From Nitrososphaerota archaeon (GTDB lineage: Archaea; Thermoproteota; Nitrososphaeria_A; Caldarchaeales; Calditenuaceae), in NCBI GenBank assembly GCA_033581555.1, contig JAVQSZ010000002.1, positions 96,001 to 160,000 of the forward strand: a DNA stretch of 64,000 bases, written 5' to 3'. Under the pieces are notes generated by a model that saw nothing but the letters and a program-made list of their open reading frames with translations, was not told the DNA's origin and ran no database searches. The position numbers and the translations under genes were made by a program. Shown here piece after piece: positions 18,583 through 28,481 of the stretch. Each line of letters begins with the position of its first letter. Positions within the stretch are counted from its first letter, which is position 1.

Positions 18583-19868
18583 ACCGCGCAGGCGTCTGAC
18601 CCGCTAGATGCCTGCAGCCAGAGAGGCCTGACCAGGTGCCGCCTCGCCGAGACCGCGACCTCGTAGACCCCCTCCCTGACCTCCCTCTCGACCCTCACCC
18701 TGACCTTCGTCGCGTTAGGGTCGACCCTGCCGCAACCCTTGCACCTGTATCCCTTCCCGGAGCCCACGGACTTCATCGCCCTCCCGCAGTCCTGACACCT
18801 AGGAGCGCGCTCCGCGTACACATCCCTCAGCCTGATGACCTCGAGCTTCTCGAGGTTCAGCGTGAGGCCCTCCGGCTTCGGCTTGACGGCGCCGTAGACC
18901 GCGACCTCGTCCCCGACCTCGAGCCTCTCCACGACCCTCCTGAACTCACCAGTCGGCTCGTAGGCCGCGACCGTGATCTCGCCGGTCCCGTCAGAGACCT
19001 CCAGCAGGACGTGCCCTCCTGGGATGACCCTGGGCCTCCCCGCGACTAGGCCCCTCACGACGACTGACTCGAGGGGCCTGACCGACTGGACCTGCCGCTC
19101 GACGTAGTGGATGTCGGTTGCCTGGTTAGTCCTGTAGACCTCGAAGAACTCGATCGGCTCGTTGACCCTCAGCAGGGTGAGCGCGCCAGTGAGGACGTCA
19201 GCGCGAACCGACCTGATCCCGAGGAGGACCGGACACGGCGTGTGGGGCGTGACCCTGACTTCGCCCTTCTCGTAGTCGTAGTTGTCGAAGGTGACGCCGC
19301 GGTAGGCCCTGTCCATCTCCTTCACCGACTCGGGGTCGACCAGCCTCTCCTTCCCCCACATCTCCCTGGTCCGGTAGGCTAGAAGCTCGAACGTCGAGAG
19401 GGTCTCCTTCACCGCCCCCGCGGCCGCCGTCGCACCGATCAACCCCCTCATCTCGCCGTAGCCCCAGTGCGCGATCGCAAAAGTCCGGACGAGCTCCATC
19501 GCCTCCTCGAGCTCAACGATCTCCCTGACCGCCCTGAAGTAAAACCGCCGGAGCCCGGGCCTAGCGTCCTCCCCGAACGCCACGACCCCAGGGTCGGCCC
19601 CGCTCTCCAGGTCCGCGAGCTCCTCAACAGTCTCGATAACGGCCCTCCAGACGTCCCCGAACACGGAAGGGTCGACCTCGAGGGGCAGGCAGACGGCCGC
19701 GTTCCCCCTCGTCTTGTAGGGGCAGTTCGGGTTGAGCCTGACCAGCCAAGGGTGGTCCAGCCTCCTCGCCCCGAGGGACTCGGCCCTCCTCAGCGCCACC
19801 GCTCCGACGTAGGTCGTGCACATCGACCTCTTGGAGTCGGTGTCGTCGATCCCGACGTAGACCCTCAC
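18579..19868 (-). CDS. tiaS: tRNA(Ile2) agmatinylcytidine synthetase
   Basis: GIDDTDS, MCTTY, RLNPNCPYKTRGN, TNQATD, Zn ribbon, ARRHL. Confidence 0.96.
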   Translation of the reverse strand: MRVYVGIDDTDSKRSMCTTYVGAVALRRAESLGARRLDHPWLVRLNPNCPYKTRGNAAVCLPLEVDPSVFGDVWRAVIETVEELADLESGADPGVVAFGEDARPGLRRFYFRAVREIVELEEAMELVRTFAIAHWGYGEMRGLIGATAAAGAVKETLSTFELLAYRTREMWGKERLVDPESVKEMDRAYRGVTFDNYDYEKGEVRVTPHTPCPVLLGIRSVRADVLTGALTLLRVNEPIEFFEVYRTNQATDIHYVERQVQSVRPLESVVVRGLVAGRPRVIPGGHVLLEVSDGTGEITVAAYEPTGEFRRVVERLEVGDEVAVYGAVKPKPEGLTLNLEKLEVIRLRDVYAERAPRCQDCGRAMKSVGSGKGYRCKGCGRVDPNATKVRVRVEREVREGVYEVAVSARRHLVRPLWLQASSGSDACAV

Positions 19869-19983
19869 TCCCGAACCTGAGTCCGCCGGCCCGAATTTCA
19901 GCCTTCACAGGTCGACGGCTACCCGCTTTCGGCGAGGACCTGCACGGCTTAAAGCGAGCTTCCGGCCGTGAGGTCAGGAGCGG

Positions 19984-20673
19984 ATGAGCGTCCCGGAGAA
20001 GCAGGAGGTGCTGGTCGTGAACGGCTGCGCTCTGCCGAGGATGGCCCTCTACGACCTCGAGAACGAGAGCTGGTACCTCGAGGAGGACGACGTCATCAGG
20101 GTTGGGGTGCTCCCCACCACGCAGACGAAGTGGGGCAAAGTTACCTCCGTGAGGCCCAAGACCCCAGGGACCGTCGTTGAGGAGGGGAGGTCGCTGGCGT
20201 TCGTCGAGGCTAAGAAGTTCGTGGGACGCGTCAACGCGAGGTTCAAGGTCGAGGTCTTGGAGGCGAACCGAGAGCTCCTCGAGGTCCCGCACCTCTGCCA
20301 GTCCGATCCCTACGGACGTGGATGGATCGTCGAGGTTAGGCCGCTCGAGGCAGGGTACAGGGAGAGGCTCAGGACGTTCGACGAGGCAGCGGACGTCCTC
20401 CGCGAGGAGATCAGGAGCAGGGGGATCATGTGCTTCAGGGAGGTCCCGGACGTCGTGATGGCGGCCCTGGGGGTCGAGTGCAGCCAGGCGCTGCTAGTCC
20501 TGGCCGACGCGATAAGGCATGTCCCTCCGGGGCAGGTGATCCACTTGGTCGCTGAGGCCGACGAGAACGCTGAGCGGGAGGTCAGGGCCTGGGCGAGGGT
20601 CACCGGCAACGAGCTCCTCGAGTTCGCGCTGGAGGGCAGGCTGGCTCACGCGTTGATCAAGAGGCGTGGGTGA
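19984..20673 (+). CDS. LbpA/GcvH-like lipoyl-carrier domain fused to a TusA/SirA domain
   Basis: VNGCALP...VEAKK...DPYGRGW...RGIMC, then LGVEC...AEREVRAWARVTGNELL...LIKR. Confidence 0.8.
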   Translation: MSVPEKQEVLVVNGCALPRMALYDLENESWYLEEDDVIRVGVLPTTQTKWGKVTSVRPKTPGTVVEEGRSLAFVEAKKFVGRVNARFKVEVLEANRELLEVPHLCQSDPYGRGWIVEVRPLEAGYRERLRTFDEAADVLREEIRSRGIMCFREVPDVVMAALGVECSQALLVLADAIRHVPPGQVIHLVAEADENAEREVRAWARVTGNELLEFALEGRLAHALIKRRG

Positions 20674-20711
20674 GTCCCTTTCATTAGGGACCGAACGCGG
20701 TGATCTCTCGG

Positions 20712-21626
20712 ATGGGCGCGGCGGTCGAGTCGGAGGACCTCTGGAAGACCTACGACGGCCAGAACTGGGTCCTGAAGGGCGCGACCCTCACGGTCAACGA
20801 GGGCGAGGTCTTCGCGCTCCTCGGGAGGAACGGAGCCGGGAAGACGACCTTCATCAGGATAGCCTGCACGCTCCTCAAGCCCAGCAGGGGGACGGTCAGG
20901 GTGCTTGGGCGCGACGTCATCGCGGACGCTGGGTGGATCAGGAGGAGGATCGCGGTGGTGCCGCAGGAGGGGAGGCCGTCGAACCTCTCGACGCCATGGG
21001 CCCACGTCTACTACTACCTGATCGCTAGGGGGATGCCCAGGAGCGAGGCCGCGAGGAGGGCGAGTGAGTACCTCGAGGCGATGGAGCTTTGGGAGGTCAA
21101 GGACGTGATCTGCGGCAACCTCTCAGGAGGGATGAGGCAGAGGGTCTACGTCGCGATGGCGATGGCGACCGAGGCCGACGTCCTCTTCCTCGACGAGCCA
21201 ACGATCGGGCTGGACCCCATCTCGAAGACGACGATGTGGTCCCAGATCAGGAGGGCCTCCGAGGAGGGGAGAACCGTCATAGTCACCACCCACAACATGG
21301 AGGAGGCCGAGACGATCTCCGACAGGGTCTCGATCATCAACGCCGGGAGGATCGTCGTGACCGGGAGCGTCGAGGAGGTGATGAGTGCCGTCGAGTACGA
21401 TTACAGGGTCGACGTCGAGGGGATGGCTGACCCGCAGGAGCTCAACGCCTACGGTCCCGTCAGGCGGATCGGTGACCGGTTTAGGGTCCTAACGACCGCG
21501 TCCGGCGCGAGGGAGCTCGCGGAGGTCGCGGTCGAGAGGGGTTGGAGGGTGAACGTCTCCAAGACCTCGCTCGAGGACGCCTTCATCTTATTGGCGGGTG
21601 GTCACGTTGAGGATGAGGCTCGCTGA
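20712..21626 (+). CDS. ABC-2 type exporter ATP-binding subunit
   Basis: GRNGAGKT, LSGGMRQR, LDEPT, TTH. Confidence 0.93.
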   Translation: MGAAVESEDLWKTYDGQNWVLKGATLTVNEGEVFALLGRNGAGKTTFIRIACTLLKPSRGTVRVLGRDVIADAGWIRRRIAVVPQEGRPSNLSTPWAHVYYYLIARGMPRSEAARRASEYLEAMELWEVKDVICGNLSGGMRQRVYVAMAMATEADVLFLDEPTIGLDPISKTTMWSQIRRASEEGRTVIVTTHNMEEAETISDRVSIINAGRIVVTGSVEEVMSAVEYDYRVDVEGMADPQELNAYGPVRRIGDRFRVLTTASGARELAEVAVERGWRVNVSKTSLEDAFILLAGGHVEDEAR

Positions 21627-22374
21627 GGGCTTAGTCCACTTCGTGAAGTCGGTTTACGCCTCGACGATGCTCTTCGGGGTGATCCCGTTCAAGCAGAACC
21701 CACTCTGGTCGCTCTCGCCGATGCTGGCGCCGATGGCCTTCCTCCTCTTCCTCTCGGTCTACGGGATACGTGAGATCGTGCCTTACGCGCTGATAGGTGG
21801 GATGACCTCGATCGTCGTCGCGAACTCGATCACGATGGAGTCGGACGCGGCCTTCAACAGGCTGATCCTGAAGATAGAGTCGATGTTCGTCCTAACGAGA
21901 GGCGGCCTGATACCCTACGCGGTGGGGTTGGCGCTCGGGAACCTGATCAACGCGCTGCCGGGGATGCTGGTCTTCGGGGCGTTACTCTGGACCCTCGCAG
22001 GGGTGAACCAGCTCTGGAGCTGGGCGGTGTTCCTAGGAGCGCTGGCGGCGACGTGGGCGATCGTCTCCATGGTGGGCTACTACATCAGCACGTTCGCACG
22101 GGACATCAGGGACCTCTGGGTCTACTCGCCGATCTTCACCGGCGTCTTCTCCTACCTGCCACCGGTCTTCTACCCGCTCGAGAGGATCCCGTGGACTGAG
22201 CTGAAGTATTTCGCGTACGTCTCCCCGACCACCGCGCCCGCGAGGCTGATGCAGGCGGCCGCTGGCCTCGTGAGTATCACTTGGACCGAAGCCCTCCTCC
22301 TCTGGCTGTTGCTCCTGGTCCACGGCTCGATCGTCTTCGTTCTGCTCCACCGCAGGCTAAGGAGGCCCATCTGA
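21613..22374 (+). CDS. ABC-2 type exporter permease
   Basis: About 6 TM helices, PPVFYP and SPTT motifs; overlaps the ATPase gene. Confidence 0.88.
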   Translation: MRLAEGLVHFVKSVYASTMLFGVIPFKQNPLWSLSPMLAPMAFLLFLSVYGIREIVPYALIGGMTSIVVANSITMESDAAFNRLILKIESMFVLTRGGLIPYAVGLALGNLINALPGMLVFGALLWTLAGVNQLWSWAVFLGALAATWAIVSMVGYYISTFARDIRDLWVYSPIFTGVFSYLPPVFYPLERIPWTELKYFAYVSPTTAPARLMQAAAGLVSITWTEALLLWLLLLVHGSIVFVLLHRRLRRPI

Positions 22375-22419
22375 CAGGTCGGGGCTCACGGTGATAAGAG
22401 GGCTCCGCGGAGGGCCGGC

Positions 22420-22887
22420 GTGGAGTTCACCCTTAGGGCGGTCGGCGTCGTGAGGGTCGAGGCCTCGGAGGAGGAGGTGAGGGAGAGGTCCGGGGAGCTG
22501 CGGGGGACCGTAGAAGTCTTCCCGGAGTTCGAGGAGGCCCTCGAGGGGATCGAGGGGTACACGCACCTATTCCTGATCGCCTACCTGGACAGGGTCCAGC
22601 AGAGGCTGCTCAAGGTCAAGCCGAGGAGGCTCCTCAGGAAGGGCTTCAGGGAGGAGGACCTCCCGGAGCTCGGGGCCTTCGCGACCGACTCGCCGGTGAG
22701 ACCGAACCCGATCGCGCTGACCCTCGTCAAGCTGGTGAGGAGGGAGGGGAGGTTCCTCCACGTCGAGGGCCTCGACCTCTTCGACGGCACGCCGGTGCTC
22801 GACATCAAGCCCTACAGGTCCGACTACAGGGCTAGGGAGTTCAGGGTCCCCGAGTGGGTGAAGTTCAACTCGCGCCCCGAGATCTGA
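22420..22887 (+). CDS. trmO: TrmO/TsaA tRNA t6A37 N6-methyltransferase family
   Basis: GAFATDSPVRPNPI, GLDLFDGTPVLDIKPY. Confidence 0.9.
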   Translation: MEFTLRAVGVVRVEASEEEVRERSGELRGTVEVFPEFEEALEGIEGYTHLFLIAYLDRVQQRLLKVKPRRLLRKGFREEDLPELGAFATDSPVRPNPIALTLVKLVRREGRFLHVEGLDLFDGTPVLDIKPYRSDYRAREFRVPEWVKFNSRPEI

Positions 22888-22891
22888 ACTG

Positions 22892-23503
22892 CTACTGCCC
22901 GGTCAGCGCCCTGACGACGATCGATCTCAGCTGCTCCTCGGCCCTCTTCAACCTATAGTCCAGCGTCGAGTCTATCACCATGCTGCCGTCCGGCCTCGAG
23001 GCCCTCACGCCCCCGATCACGGGTATCGGTCTAACAGAGACGTTCACCTTCACGCCCCTCTCCTTTGAGAGCTCCTTCGCGATCGACCTGACCGCCTCCA
23101 TGTCCTCCGCGCAGGTCTCAACGACGACCTCCTCGGTCCCGAGGTACTCTACGGCGTCGGAGAGGCTCCTCCTCAGGAACTCCCTGTACTCCTTCGAGCC
23201 CCTCATCGACTTAACCCGCTCCACCGCGTCCCTGATCGCCGCGTCGACCATCCTCTCCATCTCCTCAAGGTAGGCCCTCCTCGCCTCGAGCTCCAGCTGG
23301 CCGGTCCTCCGCATCCTCTCGGACTCCACCTCCCTGATGACCCGCTCCATCTCCGACCTCAGCTCCTCGAGGAGCCTCGCGCCCTCCCTCTCGAGCCTCT
23401 CAAGGACCCTCTTCCCGGCCTCGTCGAGCTTGGACTCGTAGACGATCAGGGCCTCCGAGACTACCTCCTCGATCAGGCGCTCTAGCGTAACGGGCGCCGA
23501 CAT
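22892..23503 (-). CDS. atpE: A/V-type ATP synthase subunit E (stand-alone)
   Basis: Long N-terminal coiled coil; IGGV...DGSMVIDSTLDYRL. Confidence 0.85.
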   Translation of the reverse strand: MSAPVTLERLIEEVVSEALIVYESKLDEAGKRVLERLEREGARLLEELRSEMERVIREVESERMRRTGQLELEARRAYLEEMERMVDAAIRDAVERVKSMRGSKEYREFLRRSLSDAVEYLGTEEVVVETCAEDMEAVRSIAKELSKERGVKVNVSVRPIPVIGGVRASRPDGSMVIDSTLDYRLKRAEEQLRSIVVRALTGQ

Positions 23504-23613
23504 CGCGGACCCTCCTCTCGCCGTGGATATAACCTGATACCCGGCGTCGGAGCCCCTCTCGACCCATCTGGTCGGGGACCACGTTTAAGAGCCCGAGGGG
23601 ACGAATCGGGACG

Positions 23614-24057
23614 TTGAGGACGAGGCTGTTCCGGTGCACGGACTGCGACCTCGAGGTCAGGCTCCAGGCGTGGAAGGCCGTCTGCCCTAGGTGCGGCAAG
23701 CAGTACACGCTCGTGCCGGTGGAGGAGAGGCTCCCGAAGGCCTCGCCTGCGTTCGCGTACGCCTCCGCCGCGCTCCTCATCGCGTCTGGCCTCGCGGCCG
23801 CGTCGTCCTCGGTCCCCTATTGGGGCGTTGCGGTCGCGTCGGCACTCCTCGCCTCGGTCGCGGTGCTCACGAGGTCGCTCGGGGGCCACCTGATCGGGGC
23901 CTCGGTCGGCCTCGCTCTGGGGCTCCTGTTCGGGGTCTTGATCTCCACGAACCCGGTAGTCCTCGTCGCGGGCCTCGCCTCGTCGGCGCTCTCGGTCTAC
24001 GATGAGATCGCGGTCTCGGGCTCCAAGAGGAGGCTGTTGGAGCTCAGGAGCCACTGA
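23614..24057 (+). CDS. Zinc-ribbon membrane protein
   Basis: CTDC...CPRC followed by about 4 TM segments. Confidence 0.65.
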   Translation: MRTRLFRCTDCDLEVRLQAWKAVCPRCGKQYTLVPVEERLPKASPAFAYASAALLIASGLAAASSSVPYWGVAVASALLASVAVLTRSLGGHLIGASVGLALGLLFGVLISTNPVVLVAGLASSALSVYDEIAVSGSKRRLLELRSH

Positions 24058-24059
24058 AC

Positions 24060-25865
24060 TCATTTAGGCAGAAAGGCCCTGATCCTCTTGCCCTCCGCCA
24101 GGGCCGAAAGGAGCGCCTTGCCGGCCTCGGTCCCTTTCGAGACCTTGACCTTCCCCCTCCTTCCGACGGTCGCCGTGAGGAGGTATTCGCCCTCGACGTA
24201 GACGCTCACGGGCCTGCCTACCTCGACGTCCTTCACCGTCAGGACGATGGAGGGGCCCGCGTCGCTGACCGAGCACTCGACCTCCTCTCCGATCGCGTCC
24301 GGGTACGGGACGACCTTCACCCTCACGCCGTGGACCCTCTCCACCTCCTTCAGGGCCCTCCCGAGGGACTTGCCAGCCGCCCTGAGCTGAGACCTGTCGA
24401 CCATCACGGCTATCGTGCCTTCGGGAGAGGCCTCGAGCCTGAAGCCCTCGACGCCCGCGCCCCTCATGAGCTCCTCGACCTTGGAGACGGCCTCCTCCAC
24501 TCCCCTCGGCTTGAGGGAGACTACCACCCGCTCCTCGCCGAAAGTGTAGATCTCATACTCGAGCTCACCGGTCTCGAAGTCCCTGACCTCGACCAGCGGC
24601 CTGACGAGGTCCTCGTTCCTCATCCCCTTCGGGAGCCTGACGGTCAGCGACAGCTCCAGGACCTTCTGGACTTTTCCGTCCCTGAGGAAGATCACCGTGT
24701 CGACGATGTGCGGCAGCATCCCGAGCTCGGTCCGCTCGAGGAGCCGCTGGATCGCGTCGATCGGGTCGCTGGCGTGTATCACGCCGACCATCCCAACCCC
24801 AGCGAGCCTCATGTCGATGAAGACTTGGAAGTCCTTGGGCCTCCGCATCTCGTCGAAGATCGTGTAGTCCGGCCTCACGAGCAACAGCACCTCCGCGGTC
24901 TTCTCGAAGTCGCCCTCCAGGGGGCCGTACTGGGTGATCTCAGGCCCGACGAGGAGGTCCCTCGGCGACTCGAGGGTCTTGACGACCTTCCCCAGCCTGG
25001 AGTAGAACTCCGCAAGCGAGGAGGCGAAGGTGGTTTTGCCGGACCCGGGCGGGCCCGCGATCAGAATCCCTTCCGCCCTCTTCGAGAGCCTCGCGATCAG
25101 CCTCTCGCTCAGGTTGTAGTCCTCGAGCCTCATCCTGACCAGGGGCCTGACGACCGTCAGCTCCAATTCGTCGCTGAAGGGGGGCCTCGCGACCGCGATC
25201 CTCAGGTCCCCGAGCTGCGCGACCATCGCGCCCTGCCTGACGATCTCGACGTAGCCGTCTTTAGAGTTCCTCAAGGCCCACATCAGCTCGTCGACGTAGG
25301 CCTGGACCTCCTCCTGCGAGAGCGGCTCCTCCCTCAACCTGACCAGCGTGACCGAGCCCGGCCTCCCCCTCTTCGCTGTCGGGGGCGCGCCGACCTTGAG
25401 GTGCAGACTGATCGTGTCGTGCGTCATCAACCTCGTCACCGAGAGCTCGCCAACTTCAGGCCTCCAGGGGACGTACACCGCCTTCACGCCCTCGGCCTCC
25501 GCGACCAGCGCCTGGACGTAGTCCGAGGTGTACAGGACAGCGCCTTCACGCTTCGCGACGTCCCTGATCAGCGCGTCGATCCTCCCTCCCCTCGCGAGCC
25601 TGATCTCCTCGAGCGTCGGCCTCTCTCCCGCGAACCTCAAGGCGACCGAGGCCGACTGCCCCAGCTCCCTGATCCTCTTGATCTCCTCAAGCCCGACGAG
25701 CCCCTCTCCCCTGCCCCTTGAGGCCTGGGCCTGGAGCTCGTCGAGGGCAGGGACCGGAACGATGACCTCTGCGTCCCTCAGTTCCCCGGACTCGATCATC
25801 CTCGAGAGGACCCTGTTGATCAGGACGCTCGTGTCGGGGACGATCCTCTTCGGCTCCCCGCTCAT
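24060..25865 (-). CDS. PINA (PIN domain + P-loop ATPase + KH-like tail)
   Basis: VPDTSV PIN motif, GPPGSGKT, LESPRDL, DMRLAGVGMVGVIHA. Start set to ATG 25865. Confidence 0.92.
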   Translation of the reverse strand: MSGEPKRIVPDTSVLINRVLSRMIESGELRDAEVIVPVPALDELQAQASRGRGEGLVGLEEIKRIRELGQSASVALRFAGERPTLEEIRLARGGRIDALIRDVAKREGAVLYTSDYVQALVAEAEGVKAVYVPWRPEVGELSVTRLMTHDTISLHLKVGAPPTAKRGRPGSVTLVRLREEPLSQEEVQAYVDELMWALRNSKDGYVEIVRQGAMVAQLGDLRIAVARPPFSDELELTVVRPLVRMRLEDYNLSERLIARLSKRAEGILIAGPPGSGKTTFASSLAEFYSRLGKVVKTLESPRDLLVGPEITQYGPLEGDFEKTAEVLLLVRPDYTIFDEMRRPKDFQVFIDMRLAGVGMVGVIHASDPIDAIQRLLERTELGMLPHIVDTVIFLRDGKVQKVLELSLTVRLPKGMRNEDLVRPLVEVRDFETGELEYEIYTFGEERVVVSLKPRGVEEAVSKVEELMRGAGVEGFRLEASPEGTIAVMVDRSQLRAAGKSLGRALKEVERVHGVRVKVVPYPDAIGEEVECSVSDAGPSIVLTVKDVEVGRPVSVYVEGEYLLTATVGRRGKVKVSKGTEAGKALLSALAEGKRIRAFLPK

Positions 25866-25921
25866 CTCCAGCCTCCTGAGCTTCAGCCCTCGTGCGTGGT
25901 AATAAGACAGAGCTTCCGGAG

Positions 25922-26914
25922 TCACCCTCCCGGCCTCGCCCTCGCCTCCCGGATCCCGAGCACAGCCGCGACGGCCGCCCCGACTACCGGTGAGTGCTCC
26001 CCGAAGGCAGGGTCCTCGACTGAAGGGGCCTCGAGGATCAGGTAGGAGCTCATCCTCGGGATCACCGAGCCCGCGAAGAAGTCCTTGTTCGAGAGGTATA
26101 CCGAGCCGCCCAGGACGAGGACCTCGGGGTCGAGCGCGTTGACCGCTGAGGCGAGTCCAGCCGCGTGGACCTCCGCGAGCCTCGCGAAGAGCTGAGCTGC
26201 TCCCTCGTCGCCGGCGCGGTAGAGCCTGAAGGCCTCTGAGGGGTCCTGACCGCCGGAGGTGAGGTACTCGGCTAGCTCAGACGAACTCGGGATCAGCCCG
26301 TCCTCGAGGAGCCTCCTCGCAAAGGAGAGCATGTTGCCTCCGGACGCGTAGGCCTCCCAGTGTCCTCTCCCTCCGCAACCGCAGCCCATGTAGCCCGATG
26401 GGTCGACGACGACGTGACCCAGCTCGATCGCGTTCCCCCTCCTCCCTAGGAGCGGCCTCGAGGAGAGGACGCAGCCCGCGCCGATTCCGGTGCTTACGGT
26501 GACGTAGAGCAGGTCCTCGATCCCCCTTGACCTCCTCGCCCACCACTCCGCGATCGCCGCCGCGTTGCAGTCGTTCAGGACGAAGACCTCCTCGACGCCC
26601 CCGACCTCGACCACCGGCCCGACCACGTCGACCATCTCCGGCCTCCCGGCGACGTTGGGCGCCCTCAGTACCACGCCCCTCCTCGCGTCCAGAGGCCCGA
26701 TCGTCGCGACGCCAGCCTCCCTCCTCACCCTCTCCCCCGCGACGACCTCCCTCACCACTTCCCTCAGAGCCTCAGGGATCGCCTCCCTCCTCCCCGACTG
26801 AGGAGTGGGCGCCCTCACGAGCTTCAGGACCCTCAGGGCCTCTGGGTCGACCAGCGCGGCCCTCAGCCACGTCGCGCCCACGTCGACCGAGAGGACGGCC
26901 TCCAACGCCTCCAC
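25922..26914 (-). CDS. ROK family sugar kinase
   Basis: DVGAT, NDCNAA, STGIG, ELGH, CGCGGRGHWE. Confidence 0.92.
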   Translation of the reverse strand: MEALEAVLSVDVGATWLRAALVDPEALRVLKLVRAPTPQSGRREAIPEALREVVREVVAGERVRREAGVATIGPLDARRGVVLRAPNVAGRPEMVDVVGPVVEVGGVEEVFVLNDCNAAAIAEWWARRSRGIEDLLYVTVSTGIGAGCVLSSRPLLGRRGNAIELGHVVVDPSGYMGCGCGGRGHWEAYASGGNMLSFARRLLEDGLIPSSSELAEYLTSGGQDPSEAFRLYRAGDEGAAQLFARLAEVHAAGLASAVNALDPEVLVLGGSVYLSNKDFFAGSVIPRMSSYLILEAPSVEDPAFGEHSPVVGAAVAAVLGIREARARPGG

Positions 26915-27238
26915 CTAGTCCGGCCAGCTCCACGACTTGTACAAGGAGTAGACTTCGCCTCGCCTGAAGAAGTGGTGCCTCAGCTCGGAGAAGGTCTCGG
27001 GGGCCTTCATATCCTCAGCGCTGCACTCGCCCTCCTCCTCGACGACCTTGAAGGCGACGAAGTCGCCTGCCCTCGAGCCGTAAGGCCACTGAGAGGACCT
27101 CGCGGCCGAGACGATCAGCCACGCCGCGTAGTCTACCGCAGCCTCCCTCTCCCTGAAGCACTCCGGCACACCGGCTCGCTCACCCCCCGGGACCCATCCC
27201 TTGCCTTGGACGAAGAGGAGGACCCTGTACCTCGCCAT
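26915..27238 (-). CDS. Hypothetical protein
   Basis: Abuts the ROK gene; host-like codon usage. Confidence 0.6.
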   Translation of the reverse strand: MARYRVLLFVQGKGWVPGGERAGVPECFREREAAVDYAAWLIVSAARSSQWPYGSRAGDFVAFKVVEEEGECSAEDMKAPETFSELRHHFFRRGEVYSLYKSWSWPD

Positions 27239-27314
27239 CGGGGCCTGAAGACCTCGGCCTCTGATATCGCTTAGCCCGCGATACCGTTTTTACGCCGAAG
27301 ACCGCGATCCGCCC

Positions 27315-28481
27315 GTGACCGTCGCCGACGGCCTCGACTCCGTGGGCACCTCGAGGATAGAGGAACTCTTCGAGCTGGCGATGAAGATGGAGGACGCCAT
27401 CAACCTCGGCGTGGGCGAACCCGACTACGACGCGCCCGAACCCCTCGTCGAGGCCGCTTGCAGGCAGATCAGGGCCGGAAAGAACAAGTACGGTCCGGTG
27501 GCAGGGATCCCTGAGCTCAGGGAGAGGATAGCTGAGAGCTACGCGGAGCGGGGGGTCGACTTGAGCCCGGAGAACGTCTTCGTCACGCTGGGCGCTCAGA
27601 ATGCGATCTTCGCAGCGATGGCATCGATACTCGAGCGGGGCGACGAGGTCGCGGTCTTCTCGCCTGCCTTCCCGACTTATGCCGCGGTCGCGACGATGCT
27701 GGGGGCGAGGGTCAAGTTCGTGAGGACTTCGCCCTCGAGGAGGTACGTCCCGGACCCTGAGGAGGTGAGGTCCGCCGTAACGAGGTCTACGAAGGTCGTC
27801 GTGGTCAACTCGCCCTCGAACCCGACGGGCGCGGTCTACGGGAGGAGGGAGATGGCTGAGGTGTTCGAGGCCGCGAGGAGGGCGGGGGCATACGTCATCT
27901 CCGACGAGGTCTACGAGGAGTTCGTCTATGACGGAGAGTTCGTCAGCGCCGCCGAGTTCCTCGACGTCCACGACAGGGTCCTGATCGCCAACAGCTTCTC
28001 GAAGACGCTAGCAGTGACCGGGTGGAGGCTCGGGTACCTGATCGCGCCCCCTGACCTCTCCGAGAGGATCGGCAAGGTCCTCCTCTACGGGCACACCTGC
28101 CCCCCGACCTTCGCGCAGCACGCGGTCCTCGAGGTCCTCGGAAGCGAGGAGGTGAAGGGGTTCGTCAGGAGGATAAGGGAGGAGTACCGGAGGAGGAGGG
28201 ACGCGTCCGTTGGGGTTCTTAACGAGCACGGGATCGAGGTAGTGCCGCCGTCCGGATCGCTCTACCTCTTCCCCAAGCTGCCAGGCCCGCTCGACGACAA
28301 CGCCTTCTGCCTGAGGCTGCTCGAGCGCGAGAGAGTCGTCGCTGTCCCGGGCAGCACCTTCGGTCCGGGAGGAGAGCGCCACGTCAGGTTGAGCATCACC
28401 AGACCGCTGGACGTCCTCGTCGAGGGAGTCAGGAGGTTCGCGAGGCTCGCGAGGGCCCTGTCGGACCTAGGCGACCCGTGA
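27315..28481 (+). CDS. PLP-dependent aminotransferase class I/II (aspartate aminotransferase-like)
   Basis: GEPD, NSPSNPTG, SDEVY, SFSKT...GWRLG. Confidence 0.94.
   Translation: MTVADGLDSVGTSRIEELFELAMKMEDAINLGVGEPDYDAPEPLVEAACRQIRAGKNKYGPVAGIPELRERIAESYAERGVDLSPENVFVTLGAQNAIFAAMASILERGDEVAVFSPAFPTYAAVATMLGARVKFVRTSPSRRYVPDPEEVRSAVTRSTKVVVVNSPSNPTGAVYGRREMAEVFEAARRAGAYVISDEVYEEFVYDGEFVSAAEFLDVHDRVLIANSFSKTLAVTGWRLGYLIAPPDLSERIGKVLLYGHTCPPTFAQHAVLEVLGSEEVKGFVRRIREEYRRRRDASVGVLNEHGIEVVPPSGSLYLFPKLPGPLDDNAFCLRLLERERVVAVPGSTFGPGGERHVRLSITRPLDVLVEGVRRFARLARALSDLGDP

Noticed and set aside
19907-19942. Hairpin CAGGTC...GACCTG between tiaS and the LbpA-TusA gene
   Set aside because: A short stem expected by chance at this GC content; no family motif.
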